Source: Candidatus Hodarchaeota archaeon (GTDB taxonomy: Archaea > Asgardarchaeota > Lokiarchaeia > Sigyniarchaeales > SOKP01). Taken from it: a stretch of 64,000 nucleotides of DNA. The first letter of the stretch is position 1. Each line of letters begins with the position of its first letter. Below are positions 1 through 8,392 of this stretch, piece by piece. The notes under the pieces were generated by a model. That model ran no database searches. It saw only the letters and a program-made list of their open reading frames with translations, and was not told where the DNA came from. The stretch covers positions 114,486 through 178,485 of the forward strand of contig JBHLKM010000004.1 in assembly GCA_048886685.1 (NCBI GenBank), written 5' to 3'. Both the position numbers and the translations under genes were made by a program.

Positions 1-815
1 TTGATTTAATTGATGCAAGCAAAAAGGAAGAATATCTTCAAACAATTAAGAATGCATATGATAAAATCGTTAAAGATGTAGATTATATTGTAATTGAAGG
101 AAATCCAAGTATCAGAAGGTTTATAAGAACAGGGATTGATGATGTGTCTATAGCACAAAATTTAGGAATAGATGAATTAATTTATGTTTCTATCGAATCC
201 TCAGATAGTTGTATTGATAACTTCTTTTTTACAAAAAACTATTTCGAGTTCCGCAATATAAAGATTTTGGGAATTCTTTTTAATAAAATAGATTTCGAAT
301 ATATAGCGAGAATAAAAGAACTTTCAGAGGATCATATCGCTAAATATAAAATTCCAGTTTTGGGGATTATAGAAAAAAGTGTTGAGCTATTCTCTCCTCG
401 AGTAAACGAAATAAAGGAGCAAATAGGGGGAGAATTAATTAATGAACAAGCATCTATGGGTTTAAACAATCTTGTAGAGACATTTCTCATTGGTGCTATG
501 AATGCTCAAAGTGCTTTGAAATACTTGAGACAAGTTAAAAGAGCAGCTTTTATTACAGGGGGTGATCGAACAGACTTAGCAATGACAGCATTAGATCAGG
601 ATGTATCAACATTGATATTAACTGGTTTCATTCAACCTGATATGGGTGTAATTACTGCTGCAAATGAGAAAGGTATTCCAATTATATTAAGCCCATCTGA
701 TACTTATACCACTATGAGAAATTTAGAGCGTTTACGACCGGGTATTCAAGAAGATGAAATGGATAAGGTTTTAGCCTTGATCGAAAAGGAAATTGATTGG
801 AGTTTATTATTATAA
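1..815 (+). CDS. Phosphotransacetylase-family protein (BioD-like N-terminal region + DRTGG domain), 5' truncated by the window edge
   Basis: Frame is open from position 3 (DLIDASKKEEYLQTIKNAYDKIVKDVDYIVIEG...). Motifs IGAM, ITGGDRTD, LILTG, GIPIILSPSDTY. Confidence 0.85.
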   Translation, partial: DLIDASKKEEYLQTIKNAYDKIVKDVDYIVIEGNPSIRRFIRTGIDDVSIAQNLGIDELIYVSIESSDSCIDNFFFTKNYFEFRNIKILGILFNKIDFEYIARIKELSEDHIAKYKIPVLGIIEKSVELFSPRVNEIKEQIGGELINEQASMGLNNLVETFLIGAMNAQSALKYLRQVKRAAFITGGDRTDLAMTALDQDVSTLILTGFIQPDMGVITAANEKGIPIILSPSDTYTTMRNLERLRPGIQEDEMDKVLALIEKEIDWSLLL

Positions 816-823
816 TTCAACCA

Positions 824-1411
824 TTATTTTTTCTTCTTAAAACTATGTTCATATAATTTGTCCGTTATGGGTTTCATAGCAGGACATTCATCCCAATTGC
901 CCTCAAATTCACACTGTAAACATCTTTTCTTTATATGTTTTACTCTTATATATGCAATTGCCCCAGTAATGAAATGTATTTCAAATAAGATTGAAATCTT
1001 TATGAAAAGGAAAATCGGAAGAAAAAGTGTCGAAATTATTAATAAGCCTGCCCCTATACCGATTGAAGTTTTTGTAAGAATTTTTAGAAACTTGTATTTA
1101 GTTAACCCAAAAATGTTTAAGACGATAGGTATAAAAAATGCAAATGAGAGAAAAAACATAATAAAAAGATTAGTTAATGTTAGTTTAATGAATGTTATTA
1201 TGAATAGGATAGTTACTCCAACTGTGGGATAAAAAGTGAAACAGCCAATACATAATTTAATTCTTCCAAGGGTATATACATGGTTAGAGAATACATCGCA
1301 ATTTGGATGATGTGACAATAATATTGGTTTCATATCTGAGAAAAAAAGTTTTATACGAGAAAAATTCATCCTTGAATCATTACTCTTTTTGACATTAATA
1401 AAAGGTAGCAA
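824..1411 (-). CDS. Multi-pass membrane protein with His/Cys motifs (DUF2085-like)
   Basis: LSHHPNC...H...LCIGC, four hydrophobic segments, C-terminal CxxC...C. True start may be a downstream Met. Confidence 0.6.
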   Translation of the reverse strand: MLPFINVKKSNDSRMNFSRIKLFFSDMKPILLSHHPNCDVFSNHVYTLGRIKLCIGCFTFYPTVGVTILFIITFIKLTLTNLFIMFFLSFAFFIPIVLNIFGLTKYKFLKILTKTSIGIGAGLLIISTLFLPIFLFIKISILFEIHFITGAIAYIRVKHIKKRCLQCEFEGNWDECPAMKPITDKLYEHSFKKKK

Positions 1412-1438
1412 AAAAAAAAGGGGAAATTATGTTAAAAT

Positions 1439-1648
1439 CTAATCTCTCACAATTAAGTAAATTATGCATCCACAACATCCTGTCAGGAGCACAATTAATA
1501 ACCAAACAGCCGCATTCATGTCTCTTTTCTTTGCGTCATTGTATACCCATACGGCTATTAAAATGCCGATGACATAAAATACCACTATTAAAATAGCAAA
1601 AAGTATCCAAAATCCTGCTAAGAAATCAAAAGGATCCTGAAAAAGCAT
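1439..1648 (-). CDS. Small membrane protein, PLDc N-terminal-like domain
   Basis: Pattern WVYNDAKKRDMNAAVWLLIVLLTG..G.IIYLIVR; GAGG upstream of the ATG. Confidence 0.75.
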   Translation of the reverse strand: MLFQDPFDFLAGFWILFAILIVVFYVIGILIAVWVYNDAKKRDMNAAVWLLIVLLTGCCGCIIYLIVRD

Positions 1649-1911
1649 AATATTTTCCTCTTCATAATTCTATTGGTTTTTATTAAGGGTTTTTAATTAA
1701 AGATTATAATATAATGTTTATCTATTATATATTTAAATCTTTATGAAAATACCCAAATATATAGATTTTTTAAAAGTATGGATCTCAATATTATGGGAAA
1801 TTAAAAATTCTTTTTGTTTGGGTTGATCTCATCCCGAAAAAAATTCTTAAAGTTTCAAATATAACTATTAAATAACTTCTATATTAAATTATCTTCGAGA
1901 GTGAATGAACG

Positions 1912-3099
1912 ATGGTCATTTCACAAAGAATTAAGGAAATCTCCTACGCAATACGAGAAATAGCTGCGATTGCCAATAAAGTTGCTAAAAGCGGGAAAAA
2001 AATATATCACTTGAATATTGGAGACCCAGTAATATATGATTTTAATACTCCTCAATATATCTCCCAAGCATTAGCAGATGCTTCTTTTGCAGGTAAAAAT
2101 TATTATGTTGATTCATTAGGAGCTCCAGAACTTAGAGAGGAACTCAGTAAGTCTTTAACTCAGAATTATAATCTTAAAATTAGCCCAAATGATATTTTAG
2201 TTACTACAGGGGTAACTGAAGCAATTTTTTTTCTCATAGCTGCAATGATAGAGAATAAGAAACAGATATTAATTCCTGGTCCAAGTTATCCATTATACAT
2301 AAATTATGCTAAATTTTTTGATGGAATACCTGTAGAATATGCATTAGATGAACTTAATGATTGGGAACCAGATATAGATGATCTAAGGAAAAAAATTACT
2401 AAAAATACTCAAGCAATCTTAATTTGTTCTCCCAATAATCCGACTGGTGTAATGTTTAGTGAAAAAATGATAAAACAAATAATAAACATTGCAGGAGAGT
2501 ATGATATACCTGTTTTATCAGACGAAATTTATGATCAAATTATATATGAAAAACCATTTACATGTCCTGCGAGCCTTAGTAAGGATGTTCCAGTAATCGG
2601 ATTGAATGGTTTTTCAAAATCCCATCTTGCTACAGGATGGCGCTTAGGGTATATGTATTATCATGATCCTGAAAATAAATTAGAAGAATTAAAAGAAGGT
2701 ATTGCAAAAATGGCCAGAGCAAGATTATCTGCAAGTTCAACAGCTCAATATGCTGCTATTGAAATTCTAAGGAATCCGGGAACACACACGAAAGAAATGG
2801 TAACAAAACTAAAAGAGAGAAGAGACTATTCATATGAAAGATTGAGAAAAATCGAAGGGATTACATGTGTTAAAGCGAATGGTGCATTTTACTTATTTCC
2901 AAAATTTGATTTTACTGAATTAGGAAAATGGAAGGATGATAAGGAGTTTGTCATAGACTTACTTGAAACGACAGGAATTTGTACCGTTTATGGTTCTGGA
3001 TTCGGCGAATACGGAAAAGGCCATGTTAGGTTCACATTCTTACCTAATTTGGAAATTTTAGAAACTGTGTATAATAAACTCGAAAATTTTATCAAATAA
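1912..3099 (+). CDS. PLP-dependent aminotransferase class I/II (AlaA/alanine aminotransferase-like)
   Basis: ISYAIR, LNIGDP, PNNPTG, SDEIYD, GFSKSHLATGWRLGY (PLP lysine), GAFYLFP. Confidence 0.92.
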   Translation: MVISQRIKEISYAIREIAAIANKVAKSGKKIYHLNIGDPVIYDFNTPQYISQALADASFAGKNYYVDSLGAPELREELSKSLTQNYNLKISPNDILVTTGVTEAIFFLIAAMIENKKQILIPGPSYPLYINYAKFFDGIPVEYALDELNDWEPDIDDLRKKITKNTQAILICSPNNPTGVMFSEKMIKQIINIAGEYDIPVLSDEIYDQIIYEKPFTCPASLSKDVPVIGLNGFSKSHLATGWRLGYMYYHDPENKLEELKEGIAKMARARLSASSTAQYAAIEILRNPGTHTKEMVTKLKERRDYSYERLRKIEGITCVKANGAFYLFPKFDFTELGKWKDDKEFVIDLLETTGICTVYGSGFGEYGKGHVRFTFLPNLEILETVYNKLENFIK

Positions 3100-3420
3100 T
3101 CATAAATTTTTACTACATTGCCTCGCAAAGATAAAGTTCAGCAAGAAAGAGCCTTTATTTTGATTTAATATGTGGTATAATTAACTCAACATTTGCATTA
3201 TTTTGCATTATTTTTGTCTCTATAGTATATCGAATTAAATTACAGAGCGGGTTTTTATATTGGACTTACATTTTGTATTTGCTATTTAGGAGTTTCAATG
3301 TTTCTAATTCTTTATGGTATTTATATTAGGCAAAAAGAAAGGATTTACGGTATTATTAGTAAAAAAAAGAAAAAAAGAGAGCTAAAACCACCTATAGTCT
3401 CTTGATGACTAAATAAAAAT

Positions 3421-3655
3421 AAAGAAAAGCTTTATATACACTTTTGTCTTATTATTTCTGTATAGTTGTAATTCATCATTTCCTTTACAAATGGGGTGAT
3501 ATATAGAGAAACACGTATATTCACTGTACTATAAAGGAGAATGATTACATTTGCCTTATCAGAAGTACACGTGATACACGAGACAGGAAAACAACCGTTA
3601 TTCCAAAAAAAGACTTTTTCTATATACACCCCGCCTTAAAGATCATACCCCATGT
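3421..3655 (-). ncRNA. Candidate structured non-coding RNA, family unknown
   Basis: Nested inverted repeats read by hand: 3493-3508 with 3618-3632, 3514-3530 with 3564-3580, plus an inner hairpin. A G-U pair favours the minus strand. GC is higher than in flanking intergenic DNA. Confidence 0.35.
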
Positions 3656-3666
3656 TATTAATATTT

Positions 3667-4293
3667 TTACTTAAGAATCTTTCCAGTTTCCATATACCAC
3701 ATATAAAGATCAAGTTCGGCAAGATTAAGGTTTAATTTTACTGCGATTTGTTCTAATAATTCCTCTATTTCAAGGTATTTTGTTTTTGTTAAGGTTTTTG
3801 GTTTTTCAATTAATCTAAATTTTGTTAAGAGATCTAAAATATGAAAATCTATTATCGCATATTCAGTAAATCCTATATTCCTTAAAAAATGGCTAGCTTC
3901 TTTATAACCTAATCCTTTAATATTTGATACAATCCATTCTCTTAATTCAGGGAGGCCCTTATAAGTTTTAATTTTGATCTTTAATTCCTTTTGAAATTCT
4001 CTTGCTCTTACAATGTATTTTGCTCTAATATTGGGAAATCTATAACCATATAGTTTTAAATTTTGAGCTAACTCCTCTTCAGGTAAATTATTGAATCCAT
4101 CACCTATTAACTTTTGAACTTCAATACATTTATCTGCGCTGCAATTTGCTGTCATAATACAAAAACATAATTCTTCGAATATTTTATTATGAGAACTGTT
4201 CCGAATTTCTTTAAATCTGTTAATTCTGCTTTCTATTAATTTGTTAACTTCACTCTTCTTAAGAAGGTTTATAGCATTAAAAAAATCTTGCAT
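3667..4293 (-). CDS. ogg: 8-oxoguanine DNA glycosylase/AP lyase (archaeal Ogg)
   Basis: ELCFCIMTAN, GYRFPNIRAKYI, KGLGYKEASHFLRNIG, AIIDFHIL, C-terminal LDLYMWYMETGKILK. Confidence 0.93.
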   Translation of the reverse strand: MQDFFNAINLLKKSEVNKLIESRINRFKEIRNSSHNKIFEELCFCIMTANCSADKCIEVQKLIGDGFNNLPEEELAQNLKLYGYRFPNIRAKYIVRAREFQKELKIKIKTYKGLPELREWIVSNIKGLGYKEASHFLRNIGFTEYAIIDFHILDLLTKFRLIEKPKTLTKTKYLEIEELLEQIAVKLNLNLAELDLYMWYMETGKILK

Positions 4294-4458
4294 TTTTTAT
4301 TAAGAATTAAGCATAATTTTTATTTTAAATTCTTTAATTAAATAAGTCTAAATTGCTTTTTCCAAACCACTTCCAGATCCTGTTCCTGAGTTAGAAAGTG
4401 AGTTAAACAGGCTTAAGGGTAATAATTCCGAATAATATGATAGAGAGGTATCTTATCT

Positions 4459-4671
4459 ATGACCAAAATTAGTGCATTTGAAAGAGTATGCATCTTAACG
4501 GTTGACGATCTTGAAAAGAAGATCCTAAAGGTTTTAGGAATTTTGCGAGATATAGAAGAGAAAGAGTTATTTTCTTATGTAGAAAAGGAGATCAAGCAGC
4601 TCTTCACTTATTATAAGGAGCGAGTTATCTTTATCAAGTTTAAACCGGAAATAATACAAGAGGTATTATGA
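4459..4671 (+). CDS. Hypothetical small protein, possibly a mobile-element remnant
   Basis: 70 aa ORF with GAGGT ribosome-binding site. Overlaps (ATGA) a second very short ORF that has its own GAGGT. Confidence 0.45.
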   Translation: MTKISAFERVCILTVDDLEKKILKVLGILRDIEEKELFSYVEKEIKQLFTYYKERVIFIKFKPEIIQEVL

Positions 4672-4832
4672 CCAGAATCGATCCTAAAGTTAAAGTGTAG
4701 AGGATCTAAGTTCTTAAAAGGAAACTTATATTCAATAAAATAAAAAAAATTTTAATAGACTAGTGGCTATAGGAAATATAGAAATTTAATAGCTGAAACT
4801 TTTTGGGTAATTTAACCTAACCATAATTGCTT

Positions 4833-5072
4833 TTATTTGTTTTTTTCTCCCCTTTCTTCCTTATATTGCCTTAATATATCAATTATTCCTTTTATAAGCC
4901 AATAAAATATTGGAACAGAAAGCAAATAAGAAAAATTTGGCATTGGTGGTATTAGATAATAAAAGAATATATTTAAGATAAAACCATATATCCAAAGGCA
5001 TATAAAAAATATATGTACTAATAATTGATATATTTTTTTCTTTTTAGTTAAATCAAATATTATATCGTTCAT
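4833..5072 (-). CDS. Small two-TM membrane protein
   Basis: 79 aa, two hydrophobic segments with charged termini; AAGGA upstream. Confidence 0.55.
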   Translation of the reverse strand: MNDIIFDLTKKKKIYQLLVHIFFICLWIYGFILNIFFYYLIPPMPNFSYLLSVPIFYWLIKGIIDILRQYKEERGEKNK

Positions 5073-5163
5073 TCTTTCCTTTAATAATTAAATTAATTTA
5101 ATGTTTAACAAATTTGTAAATAGATTTGCGTATGATTCTATTTCTTTCATATTTTTTAAATTT

Positions 5164-5290
5164 AATTAAGTAGGCTTTGTGACGTTGTTTATTTAAGTTT
5201 AAGAAATTTAATTTAAATATAATTAAGTACGTTTTATGACTTACTTTACTTAAGTTTAGGTTTTTTAATTTAAGTATAATTAAATTATCA
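5164..5290 (+). repeat. Degenerate 57-bp tandem repeat (2 copies + start of a third) downstream of the TPR gene
   Basis: AATTAAGTA... units start at 5164, 5221 and 5278 (period 57). They align with the degenerate last unit of the 30209 array (30499-30555). Confidence 0.7.
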
Positions 5291-5304
5291 ATAAAAACTC
5301 GTAT

Positions 5305-7269
5305 TTATGCAATTAGAGGAACACTTTTTTCAATAAAGATTTTAGTTATCAACGGTTCCAGAGAAGGGATATCTTCTAACTGTACCATTCTGCATGTTTG
5401 ATTATATTCATTAAAAGTCTTCCATATGGTTGTATCCTCTTTAATATTATCAATAAATTTTATTACTCTTTGCTGCGCACGATATGATTGTCCCTTGAAT
5501 AAATAACATACTAAGAAGGGATGAAGGGAATTCATAATAATAGTATACTCCCCAAAATTAGCCCTATTGAGTCCCTCAGAGAACATCTCATCACTAAAGG
5601 AATTTATAGCTGTCAAAAAACCTCCAAAAAGATGATCTTCGAAAGCCCATTCTTCCGCAAAGGATTCAGAGAATACAGGCCTTCCCCCCTCTGAAATAAT
5701 CAAAAGTACGATAGGGTCTTCGTCAGTAATCTCAGGAACAGCTATTTCTCGTTTTCGGATCATTTTCTCCATCTGTTCATTTAGTTGTGCTAACTTCAAG
5801 CGTTCAGATAAGGGTGCTTTTGATTCTTTTAATTTGTCCCACACATCTAATTGCTTAATTAATTCATCGTGCTCATTCGAAATTTTCATGGCTATTAAAT
5901 TAAGACCGTATTTTTCGGCAATTTCCTGAGCTCGTGTCAAAAAGCGTCGAGCTTCGTTCGTATCAAAAGTTATTAATGCTACTTTGGCTTGTAATAGGTA
6001 GGTTTCAGCGAGAATCCGAAACGAGTTTATTTTCTCAGAAGATTCTAATATACGATTTAGATTAGTTTTAATCTCTTTTAGCACTTCAGCATCGTTAGTT
6101 ATGCGTAGTTCAACCAATAATAAATCACAAAGCTCTAATAATGCGTCAACTTTTAAATAAAATCCTTCTTCTTCAATAATTTCTTTATATATTTCTTCTG
6201 CTTTGACCCGATTTTTAGCTCGTGTGCTTGTTTTCAGTAGGTTAGCGTTCGTAAAGCGAAAGTGTAAATTAATCCATTTACTATCCTCTTGTTCGTTGAG
6301 CTGCTTTAAGCGGTTAAAGTATTTTTGGGCTAATACAAGATCGCCCATATCGACTGCTAACTCAATCAAACCACAGAGAGTTATAGCTGTAGTCATATTA
6401 ACCCCGAGTTCCTCTCTTAATGTTAGACCTCGTTCTAGATGCTCTAAAGCTTGACCAAAATTACCCTTTGCTTTATAGATATCCCCAATTTGGGTAAGTG
6501 AAGCTGCGATCCACTGTTTATTATTAATTTTTTCGAATAATTGTAAACATTGCTCTCCATACATGAGACCTCGATCTAATTCACCTTTATCTTTATGAAA
6601 AATCATTAACCATGCCAAGACCCAAGCAATATTATACTTGCTATTACTTTCCTCCGCAAATAATAAGCTTCGCTTTAGATATTCAATAGCATGATTCAAT
6701 TCACCTTTTTTCATACCAAGAATACCAGCGATGATATAAAGGGATTCAGTAATTATAACTTTATTGCCTAATTTCTCTCCCAGTACTAAGCTCTGTTCTA
6801 AAAACTTTAGTTGATCATCCGTTTTATAAGAAGATGATAGATTTTTCATACCTTTAACTAAATAAATCTGAGCTTCTCGTTGCATGTAATCTTCTGGTAA
6901 TTCTTGGGTAAATTTTTTTAATAATTCTTCGGCTTGGTTAACGTCATTAATAGCTTCCTCTTCTCTATCAAGAAATTTTAAAACCTTCGCGCTGAGTAAT
7001 AAGGCGTCAACTGATTGGAGATTTCTTCCCAACTCTAAACTCTCTTTATATGTTTGATCTGCTATTTTAAGCATTTCCTCAAATTTCCATTGCCAAAATA
7101 AAAGGTTGCACTTGAGGAGCTGACATGATACTTTATCCTGAAGTGTGAGGTTCTTCATTTGCTCGAGATTGTCTATAAGTTGGAGGGCTTCATCATACTT
7201 GCCTTCATTAATGAGTTTTTTTGCCTGAGTTAGCTCCTTTAATTCTGAGTGGGACATACAATCATCCAT
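5305..7269 (-). CDS. TPR-repeat protein with C-terminal longin-like domain
   Basis: About 40-aa TPR units (GELDRGLMYGEQCL, GNFGQALEHLERGL). C-terminal LLIISEGGRPVFS...LFGGFLTAINSF. Paralogue of 30584-32779. Likely start 7257 (MSHSELKEL). Confidence 0.88.
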   Translation of the reverse strand: MDDCMSHSELKELTQAKKLINEGKYDEALQLIDNLEQMKNLTLQDKVSCQLLKCNLLFWQWKFEEMLKIADQTYKESLELGRNLQSVDALLLSAKVLKFLDREEEAINDVNQAEELLKKFTQELPEDYMQREAQIYLVKGMKNLSSSYKTDDQLKFLEQSLVLGEKLGNKVIITESLYIIAGILGMKKGELNHAIEYLKRSLLFAEESNSKYNIAWVLAWLMIFHKDKGELDRGLMYGEQCLQLFEKINNKQWIAASLTQIGDIYKAKGNFGQALEHLERGLTLREELGVNMTTAITLCGLIELAVDMGDLVLAQKYFNRLKQLNEQEDSKWINLHFRFTNANLLKTSTRAKNRVKAEEIYKEIIEEEGFYLKVDALLELCDLLLVELRITNDAEVLKEIKTNLNRILESSEKINSFRILAETYLLQAKVALITFDTNEARRFLTRAQEIAEKYGLNLIAMKISNEHDELIKQLDVWDKLKESKAPLSERLKLAQLNEQMEKMIRKREIAVPEITDEDPIVLLIISEGGRPVFSESFAEEWAFEDHLFGGFLTAINSFSDEMFSEGLNRANFGEYTIIMNSLHPFLVCYLFKGQSYRAQQRVIKFIDNIKEDTTIWKTFNEYNQTCRMVQLEDIPSLEPLITKIFIEKSVPLIA

Positions 7270-7309
7270 ATTTTAGAGATTTGAAAAGTTTGGATTATAA
7301 TTTTTCAGA

Positions 7310-7433
7310 TACAAGTTATATATTAAGATAATGACAATTTTAAATATAATTATGTGGGTAAAAACACACCTTCTACTTAAATATTGGATACTATCACCTT
7401 TTATTTAAGTATTCATTTAAAAAAGTAACTAAA
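7310..7433 (-). promoter_or_regulatory. Conserved upstream non-coding block of the TPR gene (copy 1)
   Basis: Ungapped match to 32833-32956 (104/124 identical, hand count). Contains the inverted repeat TACTTAAA-N22-TTTAAGTA. Confidence 0.7.
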
Positions 7434-7477
7434 GTACGCTAAGAAATCAGCAAAGCTATTTTGTATATTGTATATAA

Positions 7478-7651
7478 AAAAGAAGAAAACAGAGAGAGGA
7501 TAGAGAGGATAAGAAAGGATTCAAAATAATCAAAATTGGGAATTCTCAGGGAGTAATTATAGATAGCAGAACATTAGAATATCTTGGTTTAGATGAGGGG
7601 GATTGGGTTGAGCTTATTATAAGAAAAGCTGAAGAGGAAAAAGAAGACTAA
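7478..7651 (+). pseudogene. AbrB/MazE/SpoVT-family DNA-binding domain lacking a canonical start codon
   Basis: Translates as ...KIIKIGNSQGVIIDSRTLEYLGLDEGDWVELII.... In-frame TAA at 7475 and no ATG/GTG/TTG before the domain. Duplicated AGAGAGGAT at the 5' end. Confidence 0.65.
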
Positions 7652-7923
7652 TTTTTTATCTCTTTTGTTATAGTGTTGTCATGACAAAAACGACATCATA
7701 TCTATATATTATATTAGAAAATAAAAAAGCACAAAAATTTATTATCTAAATATGGAAAGGATTTTACACACAAATTAGAATCCACAAATTTAGCGCTGTA
7801 AGGGGTTTATATAATCAGTAAGACTAAGATTATCTAATATTGTGAGGATTATTATAACAAAAAATCAAACAAAAAAACCGGCTTAAAAATATATGTTATC
7901 ATTAAATAATTAGAATCGACTTT

Positions 7924-8253
7924 TTGTTTATAAAAAAGATGAAAATTAACAATAATACTGAAGATTTTGAGTTAGATTGTTATTTGAAGATACTTGAGTA
8001 TTTCCAAACTGAAAAAGTAAGCAAGGAAAAAACTGAGATTTGGAAAGACCACTCCTTAATAGAATTGATGAAATTATTAGATAAAAAAAAAAACCGAGTT
8101 TTAGTTACTAATGCTCTTATTTTAATGTTGTCTTTATTTGAGGATATACCTCCCGATATTTATAATAACCGGGGAGTTGATATAAACCTTATCTCTATTG
8201 AAGAGAGAAAATCTTTAATTGCTGATTTAAAGGAAGAATTTCTACCTAATTAA
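7924..8253 (+). CDS. Hypothetical protein
   Basis: 109 aa ORF (probable ATG at 7939), globular composition, no motif recognised. Confidence 0.6.
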   Translation: MFIKKMKINNNTEDFELDCYLKILEYFQTEKVSKEKTEIWKDHSLIELMKLLDKKKNRVLVTNALILMLSLFEDIPPDIYNNRGVDINLISIEERKSLIADLKEEFLPN

Positions 8254-8392
8254 AGAATAAAATTTGAAGAAATATACCTAAATTCATGAGACATTAATTT
8301 AAATTTGCATAATTTTATTCTTATTACATAAGAATATAATTTTTAATTAGGTAAATTGGGATATTATTTAGTAATTTCAATAGCTGTTAGGT

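Noticed and set aside
3432-3629. 65-aa ORF as a real protein; region as RNase P, SRP, SECIS or hammerhead RNA
   Set aside because: The ORF has no motif and overlaps nested inverted repeats. Conserved cores of those RNAs were not found in the right arrangement, and ogg has no in-frame UGA.
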